A stretch of DNA of 64,000 bases from Dehalococcoidia bacterium (GTDB lineage: Bacteria > Chloroflexota > Dehalococcoidia > Plut-88900). A program made the position numbers and the translations under genes. Shown in pieces: positions 50,901 to 59,672 of the stretch. The stretch's first letter is position 1, and each line of letters starts with the position of its first letter. The DNA is taken from contig CBDBLV010000004.1 of assembly GCA_965207225.1 (NCBI GenBank), positions 768,001-832,000 on the forward strand. The letters are read 5' to 3'. The notes under the pieces were generated by a model. The model saw only the letters and a program-made list of their open reading frames with translations. It did no database searches and had not been told where the DNA came from.

Positions 50901-53654
50901 GACGTGAGCGTCACGGTGTCGCAGAGCGACGACTCCGGGATATCCATAGAACATCAGACGGTGACCATCCCGACGGCGGGCTACGCCACGCTGACGGTGG
51001 CCACCACCAACGACGAGGTGGACGAGCCCGACGGATCGGTCACGGTCACCGTCGACGCCAGCGCCAACCTCGACTACCGGGTGTCCTCGTCCCAGGGGAC
51101 GGCCGTCGTGGTCGTGTCCGACGACGACGGCGGCTACACGGTCAACCAGGGAACGATCGCCAGGGTCAAGGAGCTGGCGTCGCAGACCCAGCACGGCGCG
51201 GCCCACGTGAACCGCTGGAACCGGGTGCTGCTGGCCTTCGGCGAGCACGACGGCACCGGCGTCACCGGCGGCCCGATGACGGCGGCCGAGGCCCAGGACA
51301 TGGCCGACAATCACAGCAGCCCCGTCTGGGACCTGGTGGTTGTCGAGCTGACCGCCCTGGAAGCGGCCGCGGCACAGACGCCGCCGCCGCCGCCCACGCC
51401 CGAGGTGAGTATCACCGCTGGCAGCGGGGTGACCGAGGGCGGCGACGCCACCTTCACGGTGACGGCCAGCCCGGCCCCGGCGTCCAACCTGGACGTCAGC
51501 GTCACGGTGTCCCAGAGCGGCGACTACGGCGCCACCACGGGCCAGCGCACGGTGACGATACCCACCTCGGGCAGCGTCACCCTGACTGTCGCTACCACCG
51601 ACGATACTACCGACGAAACCGACGGGTCGGTGACGGCGACGGTGAACGCGGGCAGCGGCTACACGGTGTCCTCGTCCCAGGGCGCGGCCACGGTGGCCGT
51701 GTCCGACAACGACGACGCCTCCACGCCGGTGGTGAGCGTCAGCGCTGGCAGCGGGGTGACCGAGGGCGGCGACGTCACCTTCACGGTGACGGCCAGCCCG
51801 GCCCCGGCTGCGGACCTGGCGGTGAGCGTGACGGTCTCCCAGAGCGGCGACTACGGCGCGACCACGGGCCAGCGCACGGTGACCATCCCGACTTCGGGCA
51901 GCGCCACGGTGACCATAACCACCACGGACGACGACGTGGACGAGACCGACGGCTCGGTGACGGCCACGGTGAACGCGGGCAGCGGCTACACGGTGTCCTC
52001 GTCCCAGGGCGCGGCCACGGTCGGCGTCGCAGACAACGACGACCCGGTCGTCGAGGAGCAGACGGGCTACACGGTTGACCCGGACGTGATCGCGAAGGTC
52101 AGGGAGCTGGCGTCGCAGACGCAGCACGGCGCGGCCCACGTGAACCGCTGGAACCGGGTGCTGCTGGCCTTCGGCGAGCACGACGGCGCCGGCGTCACGG
52201 GCGGTCCGATGACGGCGGCCGAGGCCCAGGACATGGCGGACAAACACAGCAGCCCGGTGTGGGACGAGGTGGTGACCGAGCTGACCGCCCTGGAAGCGGC
52301 GGCAGCGCAGACGCCACCGCCGCCCACGCCTGAGGTGAGCGTCACCGCGGGCAGCGGGGTGACCGAGGGCGGCGACGCCACCTTCACGGTGACGGCCAGC
52401 CCGGCCCCGGCGGCCAACCTGGCGGTGAGCGTGACGGTGTCCCAGAGCGGCGACTACGGCGCGGCCACTGGCCAGCGGACGGTGACCATACCCACGTCGG
52501 GCAGCGTCACCCTCACCGTCGGCACCACGGACGACAGCGCGGACGAGACCGACGGGTCGGTGACGGCGACGGTGAACGCGGGCAGCGGCTACACGGTGTC
52601 CTCATCCCAGGGCGCGGCCACGGTCGGCGTTGCCGACAACGACGACGCACCCACGCCGGTGGTGAGCGTCAGCGCAGGCAGCGGGGTGACCGAGGGGGGG
52701 GGCGCCACCTTCACGGTGACCGCCAGCCCGGCCCCGGCGGCGGACCTGGCGGTGAGCGTGACGGTGTCCCAGAGCGGCGACTACGGCGCGGCCACTGGCC
52801 AGCGCACGGTGACGATACCCACCACGGGCAGCGTCACCCTCACCGTGGGCACCACGGACGACAGCGCGGACGAGACCGACGGGTCGGTGACGGCGACGGT
52901 GAACGCGGGCAGCGGCTACACGGTGTCCTCATCCCAGGGCGCGGCCACGGTCGGCGTTGCCGACAACGACGACGCCCCCACGCCGGTGGTGAGCGTCAGC
53001 GCAGGCAGCGGGGTGACCGAGGGCGGGGACGCCACCTTCACGGTGACCGCCAGCCCGGCCCCGGCGGCGGACCTGGCGGTGAGCGTGACGGTGTCCCAGA
53101 GCGGCGACTACGGCGCCACCACGGGCCAGCGCACGGTGACCGTCCCCACCACGGGCAGCGTCACCCTCACCGTGGGCACCACCGACGACGACGCCGACGA
53201 GACCGACGGCTCGGTCACGGCGACGGTGAACGCGGGCAGCGGCTACACGGTGTCCTCGTCCCAGGGCGCGGCCACGGTGGCGGTGTCCGACAACGACGAT
53301 GCCGCGCCGGAGGTGGAGATTACCGTCACCGTCGAGGCCGCGTCGGCGGTTGAGGGCGACGTGCTGGAGTTCCGGGTGGTGCTGTCGGCGGCGTCCACCG
53401 AGGAGATCAGGATCAGATGGAACACCGCGCCTGCGTACCACCTGCTGGACGACCGGGCGCACCGGTCCGACTATCAGTACGCCGAGGGTGAGCTGGTGTT
53501 CGCGCCGGGGGTGACGGAGCTGACGGGGGAGGTGTGGCTGGAGTACGACGACGATGAGGAGCCGGACGAGTACTTCGTGGTGGAGGCGTACCTGCCCGGG
53601 ACCCTCTACCCGCCCGACGCCGTGGGAACCATGACGATCATAGACGACGACTAG
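44979..53654 (+). CDS. Giant secreted adhesin-like protein (2891 aa): five VSNxGQ/AQxFTTG beta-domains, a lectin/endostatin-like domain, FN3 domains, many Calx-beta-like repeats
   Basis: RBS GGAGG; signal peptide ending ANA-Q; repeats visible in the translation; VTEG...V.DND Calx-beta pattern; FRLLFIT...ATDIADYD domain. Confidence 0.9.
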   Translation: MTNALRSFTPPPPRISWGFSLMRRPGIALLALALLAVVFAATPAEQANAQTAQTFVSNTGQADGAATSLSNDYAHAFTTGSNPGGYSLTSVAVEFASIHSGFSSSSLTASIHTDSSGSPGSSLGTLTKPASFPVSSSDQTLAFTSAGIDLAASTTYFLVIDISSGEPFSNLRLTTSDAEDSGALAGWSISDGTLFRAFSSTAAWTTSTSSPKLSLGGVSKPFLVSNFGQADGGTGNFVQHDHAQAFTTGANAGGYTLTGVDFSFPQINDGGLAGKLAAEIRSDSSGAPGAVVATLTKPGTIAAGTNSFTHSGVALAANTTYWAVLDVTLVLLPGANTIQNTGSDAEDAGGADGWTIADDGHYRTWNTSGAWTSFSQSRKMTIHGTAVETVETETFVANTGQADGGTSFLGNDFHQAFTTGSNGFGYSLHSVDVEFSTIDSAFSSSALTASIHAASGGSPGSSLGTLTNPASFPASTSDQTLTFTSSAGIDLEGSATYFLVIDMDAGQGSSRVRLTGSDAEDGGGLAGWSIADGAGTRTASSTGAWTPNVSSLKISLDGVSKPEPPRVSILGDGAVTEGVSASFTLRAVPAPTADLPVSVTVTTTGDFGYGTLPTSVTIPATGSATLEIPTTGDDVDEAHGSVTVTLVDGSDYDLATSLGTATVRVRDDDPPLVKNIGQSSGLVQGMHVDLAQGFDTGGNPSGYTLTSVDVAFNRSTEDFGSKLTVTVHKGANGAPGTVVGTLANPAFVNRQAGTYSFTHPGVALEADTRYWVVLDATGLTEGNSQVKFTQSNSEDAGAAPGWSINNDARIRAQGGGNWITLVGGSTLSMGVNGRLLPHADGSYTVPLDWPLKPLGLGAGETFRLLFITDDWRDASATDIADYDAHVRDAALGGHADIRRYGDQFRVVGSTAAVDARDHTRTNPNEAGHPDVPIYWLNGELVAANNAGFWSDTWENWAQADRRFESGRRDTDADWPWTGTRTDGAKEANPLGASNARRGRFSTTDADTGPISYNTVASTQDHAFYGISPLFRVEPTPVNAPPGEPAVMSNLGQADGAALTVTTAGTVRDRAQSFTTGRNGGHYRLNSVDVEFAEIGDSDAARDLRVQIWAGSGGSPGSTAADVLADLARPSMPVGSADRTFTFTYQGDDGSGLRLEPNTTYWVYVYDASAQPNSRYTLRATASNSERLQGLRLPEGWSIGDGHSSWSLYPNPAVSWSTHSEALKIGLNLGAADAFVQFRTCAGTVSGNDCDTGWVIANYNRHDPPPTITLTEGGPAVTYQWQAVDPHERRHFYVASQVAEPLSHFGGYIGPGKPDRDRLMCHTGSRSPYNLGDPIVEGLGRDGIHFGYGSTAGPLLDRHDGCPFSSQSVYESDANKWRPVSLAAGQDSDAFDHGTFLIHRPHAVGHNFYENGVLYQVEGFDYPEVRVPLIIRDDDQWEQTLEFSIDDGTTWTSIEDGGLNLAFPASLNTGRKAHYFWVRTKNDPPADQDKRFSISADFAKPLLRSGTSEYFRSHRVWFTSPAASHLHTFRTDSAVSAGSVTVSRTPVQVDIHVGANVVGNVTFQVEGYKLYERSDNQVSTETPPKTVRTDSFSFHRTLGSCVGCQRLLGDLPDPVVERVGDLSYANLSDTGIDLSWPQVVGAEGYEVRYWSTTSPFPGVPADEAWFGAEPNDPAWNIRHLEPDTEYRAVVYYADHGATQLSTASPVIRFTTLAAGSPVEAEPTSVIVERVPEVSISAAGGTITEGEDAVYTVTVNPAPDAPLDVRVGVAGPGSVVAAQHLGERTVNVPTGGSVSFTIPTVDDTGWGSNGMLGATVQFGEGYRLNRFRSYASVYVANNDLPPPPPVQLKRVSDTTATVAWKPQGDGASYLVVWHESFTGVPVLTEVTTTATEHQLTGLNPQSHYVVSVLHGTTQLDKITVRTLAAGATPKTFTVDFETPAPNTSVPVISVTADGNVTEGGDATFTVSANPAPAADLDVSVTVSQSDDSGISIEHQTVTIPTAGYATLTVATTNDEVDEPDGSVTVTVDASANLDYRVSSSQGTAVVVVSDDDGGYTVNQGTIARVKELASQTQHGAAHVNRWNRVLLAFGEHDGTGVTGGPMTAAEAQDMADNHSSPVWDLVVVELTALEAAAAQTPPPPPTPEVSITAGSGVTEGGDATFTVTASPAPASNLDVSVTVSQSGDYGATTGQRTVTIPTSGSVTLTVATTDDTTDETDGSVTATVNAGSGYTVSSSQGAATVAVSDNDDASTPVVSVSAGSGVTEGGDVTFTVTASPAPAADLAVSVTVSQSGDYGATTGQRTVTIPTSGSATVTITTTDDDVDETDGSVTATVNAGSGYTVSSSQGAATVGVADNDDPVVEEQTGYTVDPDVIAKVRELASQTQHGAAHVNRWNRVLLAFGEHDGAGVTGGPMTAAEAQDMADKHSSPVWDEVVTELTALEAAAAQTPPPPTPEVSVTAGSGVTEGGDATFTVTASPAPAANLAVSVTVSQSGDYGAATGQRTVTIPTSGSVTLTVGTTDDSADETDGSVTATVNAGSGYTVSSSQGAATVGVADNDDAPTPVVSVSAGSGVTEGGGATFTVTASPAPAADLAVSVTVSQSGDYGAATGQRTVTIPTTGSVTLTVGTTDDSADETDGSVTATVNAGSGYTVSSSQGAATVGVADNDDAPTPVVSVSAGSGVTEGGDATFTVTASPAPAADLAVSVTVSQSGDYGATTGQRTVTVPTTGSVTLTVGTTDDDADETDGSVTATVNAGSGYTVSSSQGAATVAVSDNDDAAPEVEITVTVEAASAVEGDVLEFRVVLSAASTEEIRIRWNTAPAYHLLDDRAHRSDYQYAEGELVFAPGVTELTGEVWLEYDDDEEPDEYFVVEAYLPGTLYPPDAVGTMTIIDDD
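45004..45018 (+). repeat. C15 homopolymer in codons 9-14 of the adhesin (candidate phase-variation switch)
   Basis: TTCA-C15-GC; the tract is currently in frame (TPPPPR). Confidence 0.8.
51395..53300 (+). repeat. Five near-identical 327-bp Calx-beta-like units
   Basis: For example, CCACGCCGGTGGTGAGC recurs at 52651 and 52978. The array is interrupted by the second copy of a helical module. Confidence 0.9.
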
Positions 53655-53682
53655 TCCGGCCCAGCCGGACCGGCAAGAGGAT

Positions 53683-53721
53683 GCAAGGGGGGCCTGCGGC
53701 AATGTCGCAGGCCCCCCTTGC
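53683..53721 (+). terminator. Strong 16-bp hairpin after the adhesin gene
   Basis: GCAAGGGGGGCCTGCG-7 nt-CGCAGGCCCCCCTTGC; no U-tract. Confidence 0.65.
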
Positions 53722-54125
53722 GCTGGCCGTGGGGCGGCTAGGTAATATACTAACGTGGGTGTCAGGATCGCCGGAGTGAAGTTGGATCACCCATCCACAA
53801 TTCGAAAATGGTTCTGCCTATCGTCAACTCAGGCCCACCAGACTTGATAAAATCAAGAACCTTCGAGTTGCGGATAGTCTTAGAACTATAGCGGGTAGGC
53901 GTTTACCTTGCGCCGCTAGCCGCGTCGGTGGGTTGCCTGACGGGAGCGGCGCATTCATCGGCGACCTTAGGAATCCTGTCCAGCCAGGGACCAGTTCATT
54001 CGGCGAGGCCACGAATGCTCAACCGTGGCGGCAAACCCGAAAAAACGTCCGTCGATAACGCGCGGTGGCCAGACGCAATGTGGTATGGCTCATAAACGTC
54101 CGATTCCAGAAACTGGAGCATCGCC

Positions 54126-54851
54126 ATGGTCGGTTCTCGACGTCTTCCGGGATTCCAAATCGAGAGGGTCTGGGCCAAGAATTTTCGCAGCATCGCTGAT
54201 GCAACCCTGGACCTAGGTCCAATGACCATGCTCGTCGGACCCAATGCATCGGGCAAAAGCAACGTGCTCGACGTTCTCAGGTTCTTGAAAGACTCGCTGA
54301 GGTTCTATCTGGAAGCGGCGGTTTCGCTGCGCCGCGGGTTCGACGCGATCCTGCGCCGAACCGAAGGGCCGCGTCCCGAATCAATGGAAATCGGGATTAC
54401 CGCTACCATAGGCGGTACTCCGCGCCAGCCAGACCGGTTTCGAATTGAATACAGCTATGCGCTGGGCGCCGAACCCGACGGTGGTTACGTCGTGGCATGG
54501 GAACTCGCGACCGTGGACTCGGACCCTGCTGGTCAACGAGAACCTCTGGCGCTCAGGGTGGAAAACGGACGCATCTCTTCCCCAAGCCAATGGGCAGAAC
54601 ACATCGTGCCGGATGCACGTTCCCGACCGGACGACTCCGAGAGGGCTGGGTTTGACGCCACGGATTTATATATGCGACGCTTAGTGAGGGCGTGGGCAAT
54701 TGGCAGAGCCCCTGGCGCCAGGGAAGTTGAGGAACCGGCCGCGTTCATGGCACAGGCCCTGGAGGTCATGCTAAACCGTATCGCCCTGACTAGGTACTAT
54801 CACATCTTCCCGAATACGCTCCGGGAGCCTCAAAGCCAGGTTCGAGCATAA
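54126..54851 (+). pseudogene. Truncated AAA_21/RecF-like ABC ATPase
   Basis: IERVWAKNFRSI...LVGPNASGKSNVLD (Walker A); the ORF ends without the ABC signature or Walker B. Confidence 0.8.
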
Positions 54852-55060
54852 GGTGAGTGACCACCTTCCCCTGTGGATCCGACTGCCGCTTCCGGTAGAC
54901 TGAGTTCCCGCGCTACTCATCCACTAAGGCGGCTGCACCAAGCGGGTCAGAACGTATCGAGTGAACGGAGGCACCAAAACTGTTTGGCTGGATTACAGGC
55001 GGCGATAATCGCAAGGAGCCGGAAGACGCGAACGCGCAGCGACGCAAAATCGTCAGGTCG

Positions 55061-55333
55061 ATGTTCTACTGGTTACTGATCGGAGTAATCGCATCTTCAA
55101 TCGGGCTGGTTCTCACAGGCGGTATGTTCATGGGCATCTTGTTCGGGAGCAGTGATGGCTCGGCAAAGGCATCAACCAACCAGTTCGTTCAGGGGGTTGT
55201 CTTGACCTCAATAACCGGAACGATAGCTGCCCTGCTTACCTACATGGGCATGATAGTCAAGGGAATTGTGGACAACTTGACATCAGGCAATAGCGAAGAT
55301 AACAGAGAACAGGACAACAACAATGAGAACTAG
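55061..55333 (+). CDS. Small two-TM membrane protein
   Basis: Two hydrophobic helices and a polar tail; convergent with the kinase remnant. Confidence 0.5.
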   Translation: MFYWLLIGVIASSIGLVLTGGMFMGILFGSSDGSAKASTNQFVQGVVLTSITGTIAALLTYMGMIVKGIVDNLTSGNSEDNREQDNNNEN

Positions 55334-55912
55334 CCCACCGGCGAAGACTCCACCAGCGCGGCCAACCGTCGCCTCTCCGCCTCCGCTTGGTCTCTGACCC
55401 TACGCTCTTCGTCATGCCTGAGCGCGTTGGCGATGGCGACCGACGCCTGGGAAGCGAACATGACCAGTATCTCTTCGTCTTCTACCGAGAACCCCGTACT
55501 CCCTTCATTCTTGGCAAGGCAGATGCTGCCCAAAGACCGGCCGCGATGGTTGATAGGGGCGCCGAGAAAGGACTTCATCGGCGGGTGGTTCTCAGAGAAG
55601 CCGACCGAGAAGGGATGCATGGCAATATCCGCGATTCTCAGCGGCTCTTGAATCTCGTTCAGATAGCCGAGCAGCCCCGGCGCTCGCCGTTCAGAGGTAA
55701 AGTCCGAAGTGGCGAACTCTCCGATCCGCCCTGAATCGTCGAAGACGCCGACCGCTCCATATCGAGCGCCGGTCAGATCGCGCGCGCCGTCAACGATTTC
55801 CTAAAGCGTGGCGTCAAGTTCCCATATCTCGGCTACACGACCGCTGATCTCGCTCATCTTGGCGAAGCGATCCCGCAGGGCGCTGATCTCTCCGCCTATG
55901 GGCGTCTTCCAT
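55330..55912 (-). pseudogene. GAF-domain remnant of a hybrid kinase (paralog of 59673-61910)
   Basis: RBS GGAGGAGG, an early frameshift, an in-frame TAG at 55801-55803, then EIVDGARDLTGARYGAVG...LVESSPVG and truncation. Confidence 0.85.
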
Positions 55913-56025
55913 CTCCGAACCTCCTCCAGCGTCGCGTCTCCATCCTACAGACCATCTAATCCAGCGACGGGATTGAAACGCATCATATCACAGCCTCTGT
56001 CGCCAGGGTCGGCCATCCCGGAATC

Positions 56026-56090
56026 TTTGATGGTTTTTTGATGGAAACGGGGTTGTTTTTGATGTCCATTTGATATCCGACCACTATCAT
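56026..56090 (+). promoter_or_regulatory. Four TTTGAT(G/A) boxes plus -10 TATCAT; putative OmpR/PhoB-type activated promoter
   Basis: Boxes at 56026, 56037, 56058 and 56069; -10 at 56085; conserved with 62032-62096. Confidence 0.7.
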
Positions 56091-56204
56091 CGACAGTATC
56101 ATACGTCAGAGGAGGCGCTACATGGTCCTTCATACGGGTATTCGTCGCTAGGTTCTGCACAACGTACATGGTAAGGCGCATAAGTGCATTAAGGAGATTT
56201 GGAA

Positions 56205-56747
56205 ATGAGACCGATAACGCGAATCATGCTGATGCTGGCGACCCTAGCGGTAGTGGTCGCCCTCGCCACCACGCAATTTCTGAATGAGCGAGTTGAGGCA
56301 GGTCACAATTGCAGTTGGCCCTATTCCGGAAACAGCGTTCCTGTGAAATACCGATGGGGTTCCATCAATACCGCATGGAAGGCGGCGTTTACCACAAGTA
56401 TCAGCGACTGGAATGGGCTCGGGACCGACGTCACATTGAGCTATGATGCCTACGGTAAGCTGTGGATGGGCCAATACAATCAAAACGACGGCCAGTATGG
56501 TCTGAATCAGAACTGGTGCAGTGGAAACGACATAGTCAATTCTAACAACTGGGGCAATCTGCATTACGAACCTCACACGTTGAACGAACGGAGAAGCATA
56601 ACAGGCCACGAGCTCGGACACGGCCTTGGTCTGCATCACACAGGATCCGGGCAATTGATGTACACATACTGCTGCCCGTCAAGCAGTCTCTACAAGCCGA
56701 ACAATGACGATAAGAACGACCTGAACGCCTTGTACAACGGACCTTAA
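56205..56747 (+). CDS. Secreted matrixin-like (M10-type) zinc metallopeptidase
   Basis: RBS AAGGAG, signal peptide, SISDWN, HELGHGLGLHH, Met-turn QLMY, DD...LNALY. Confidence 0.9.
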   Translation: MRPITRIMLMLATLAVVVALATTQFLNERVEAGHNCSWPYSGNSVPVKYRWGSINTAWKAAFTTSISDWNGLGTDVTLSYDAYGKLWMGQYNQNDGQYGLNQNWCSGNDIVNSNNWGNLHYEPHTLNERRSITGHELGHGLGLHHTGSGQLMYTYCCPSSSLYKPNNDDKNDLNALYNGP

Positions 56748-56813
56748 AGGGTAATCACTGCATATGAAGCTTTGGATGGTGGCAATTCCATTTCACAAAG
56801 GAGTACAGGAACA

Positions 56814-57413
56814 ATGAGACAGATACTTAGATCGATCGCCGTCGCGATTGCTGTAGGATTGATTTCTCTTGCAATAGCATGTGGCGATACGACGACCACA
56901 GTAAGCAGTGCGTACGTGACAGCTAGTTCGGTTGAAGAACTTGTAGGTCGGTCGTCCTTGGTAGTCATTGGCACGGTCGCGTCCACCGGACCCGAGCGCC
57001 GTGAGATACCTGGTAGGTTGCCCAGTGATCCTACGCAAATCGATCCCAACTACACTGGCGTAGGACAAATCTACGAAATTGAGGTCGAAAGGTATCTGAA
57101 GGGTACGGGGGGCACAACAATACGAGTGGTGCAATTCGAAGGCAGCATCGTATCGCTCGGAGGTCAAGTCAGAGAGATTCAGTCGGAGAGCGCCGGCCAT
57201 CCCTTGACAAGTGCCACACGTTATCTTCTCTTCCTAATCCCTCAGGGCCAAGTTGATGATCTATGGCTCGGGACCGCGCAACCATTCCGATTTGCTCTAT
57301 CGAGTGGTCTCGCTAAGGCTGAGAGTCCGGAAGGAGGAATACCGGATCTATTCCCTAACCGCTCAGAGTCAACCTTGATTAGTGAGGTTGAAACGATCCT
57401 CACGCGAGGTTAA
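56814..57413 (+). CDS. Single-domain lipoprotein with TIMP/NTR-like pattern
   Basis: Lipobox AIAC; SVEELVGRSSLVVIGTV...YEIEVERYLKG...IRV...RYLLFL. Confidence 0.8.
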   Translation: MRQILRSIAVAIAVGLISLAIACGDTTTTVSSAYVTASSVEELVGRSSLVVIGTVASTGPERREIPGRLPSDPTQIDPNYTGVGQIYEIEVERYLKGTGGTTIRVVQFEGSIVSLGGQVREIQSESAGHPLTSATRYLLFLIPQGQVDDLWLGTAQPFRFALSSGLAKAESPEGGIPDLFPNRSESTLISEVETILTRG

Positions 57414-57503
57414 TACAAAGAATAGCGGAAGTGGTTGCATTACCCCGGATGTGCTCATCTTGCTCCACTTCCACTATTCTACCAATATGGATGGAGGCAT
57501 ATT

Positions 57504-58211
57504 ATGCGTAGGCTAATCATATCATTCATATTGGGCATTCTCACCCTTTGCTGTAACGTGTCAAATCCAGTTCCGCCATCATCTATCGCCATAGAGAAAC
57601 AAGAACAAGACGGTTTCACTCCAAGCGCCTCGACACAGACAACTCCTGAGACATTCTCCACGCCCGCTACGCCTACGGTAGTTCCCCTTCATGAACAGAA
57701 ACAGCCTCCCGCTCCATCCCTAACGGCGACATCGAGCCTGCCAATCAGTCGCTCGGAGTCGCAGCCGGTCGCCCCAGTGCCGACGACTACACCGAGCCTG
57801 CCAATTCCCCCAGTTCCTCAGACCTATATCGAGTACCGTGGAGGTCTCTATCCGGGACGGCTAAGCAGCTACTGCTGGCCGATGAGTGCGAATAGCTCTG
57901 TCTGTACAGGCGGTGTAGCGTGGCAAGAGTTGGACAAGGCTCCCGCGGTCCGTATGAATCAAGGGGACGACTTCAAGATTGTCATTACAGGCGCCGATCA
58001 CAGTCCGGATCCAGAACTAACGCGATTTGCAGTGTTCACCGTAGTGGAAACAGAACCATTGCTGCGACTGGGAGAGCAAATCTATTCGATTGACGTGGAT
58101 GGGAACGTACATGTACCTGACCTTCCCGAGGGAATTTACTTCGCAGCCATTTCCCTGAAGTATCACGTCGGTGACGTTTCCCACGGTTTCAAGGTAGAGA
58201 TAGTTCATTAA
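57504..58211 (+). CDS. Putative lipoprotein: Pro/Thr/Ser linker plus SSYCW-motif beta domain
   Basis: RBS GGAGG; MRRLIISFILGILTLCC signal; GRLSSYCW...LPEGIY...GDVSHGFKVEI. Confidence 0.75.
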   Translation: MRRLIISFILGILTLCCNVSNPVPPSSIAIEKQEQDGFTPSASTQTTPETFSTPATPTVVPLHEQKQPPAPSLTATSSLPISRSESQPVAPVPTTTPSLPIPPVPQTYIEYRGGLYPGRLSSYCWPMSANSSVCTGGVAWQELDKAPAVRMNQGDDFKIVITGADHSPDPELTRFAVFTVVETEPLLRLGEQIYSIDVDGNVHVPDLPEGIYFAAISLKYHVGDVSHGFKVEIVH

Positions 58212-59552
58212 CAGATCGCTGAAAAAGACGCGTTGAAGTCGCGTTCTCCAAGTTGGTGAGATACAATGCCCCACCAGTCCAACCGCACAGGAGAACGTGT
58301 CATGAGACGCCGGCGCAACCCCCAGTCCACCATGCTCGCCTTCGTCAACCTTGACGAGCGAGTCCCACCTGACCATTGCCTCAGGATCATCAAGTGAGTC
58401 TCTGGCGATGCGCTCGATCGCGTGTCAGACGACTTCGACGCGATGTACTCGAGGGTCGGTCGGGCCTCGGTTCCGCCCGGGCGTCTGCTGAAGTCTCTGC
58501 CGCTGATCTCTCTGTACTCGATACGCAGCGAGAGAGCGTTCTGTCAGGAGCTCGACTACAATCTGCTCTACGCTGGTTCTGGGAATGGACCCTATGGAGC
58601 CGAGCTTCGACGCGACGGCGTTTACCAAGAACAGGAGAAGGCTGCTACGCCACAAGTTGCGAAGGAATCTGTTCGAGGAGGTGGCGTATGAGGCGGACAG
58701 GCGCGGGCTGATGTCCGATGAGCATTTCAGCGTGGACGGAACGCTCATCGAGGCGGCGGCATCCATAAAAGCTTCAGAAGACGCAACGACGACGATGATA
58801 CAGGCGACTCTGGCTATGGGGAGGGCGCGAGTGGAGACTTTCGAGGGGAGAATCTGAGCAACTCCACCCAGCGTAGCGCGACCGACCCTGATGCGAGACT
58901 GATGAGGAAGGGCAAAGGCAAGGAGTCGAAGCTGGTTTTCATGGCTCACGCGCTGATGGACAACAGGCATGGACTGGCGAGCGATTTTCGGCTGACCGAG
59001 GCGAACGGAACAGCCGGGAGGAATTCCGCGCTGGACATGCTGATGCGGATACTGGCAGTCGGCGACTGAGCGTGGGAGCCGATAGGGGATACGACACGAG
59101 GGACTTCGTAGCCGAGTGCAGAGAGCTGAAAATCACCCCGCGCGTGGCTCAGAAGAAGAGGTGGTCGGCGATAGACGGACGAACCACGCGCCATAAGGCA
59201 TACAGGTCGAGTCAGAAGATCCGAAAGAGTGTGGAGTCGATCTTCGGGTGGATGAAGACCGTTGGAGGGTTCCGTCGGAGCCGGTATCGTGGAGTCGAGA
59301 GAACCGGACTATGTGGAGAGCTGGTGGCGACGGCGTACAACCTGGTGAGGATGTCGAGGTTGATAGCTGATCGGGAGGCTGAAGCGCCCATCTTCGGCTA
59401 GCGCTCCGCTGCCGACGTGCGCCACTCAGACCCTGGTTGGGCTCTGAGGGCGGCAAATCAGACCGTCTCAGACCGAAAATCGCCGGAATGGGCCCTTCTG
59501 TGCGACCGATGCGCTCGCTACGCCGTCTTGATCCCCCTTCTTCCGCAATCTG
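58212..59552 (+). mobile_element. Degenerate IS5-family element (DUF772 plus DDE transposase, multiply frameshifted)
   Basis: Fragments ERVPPDH.LR, GRASVPP, FTKNRRRL, FSVDGTLIEA, TDPDARL, GADRGYD, ESIFGWMK. Imperfect inverted ends CAGATCGCTGAAAAAG / CTTCTTCCGCAATCTG. Confidence 0.88.
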
Positions 59553-59672
59553 ATAGAGAAGTGGGGAAGAGAGGCTAGACTTCTTCGCCAAAGAGGGAGG
59601 AGCTTCGCGCCAGTGGGCGCCGGAATAGTAGGGGAGGGCAACGAACAACGACTTAAGCTGGTGGCCTAAAGT

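Noticed and set aside
47649-52247. 1532-aa minus-strand ORF
   Set aside because: It is an antisense shadow of the high-GC adhesin, with no independent motifs.
54126-55333. ATPase plus small membrane gene as an intact defence system
   Set aside because: The ATPase lacks its C-terminal half and no partner nuclease follows.
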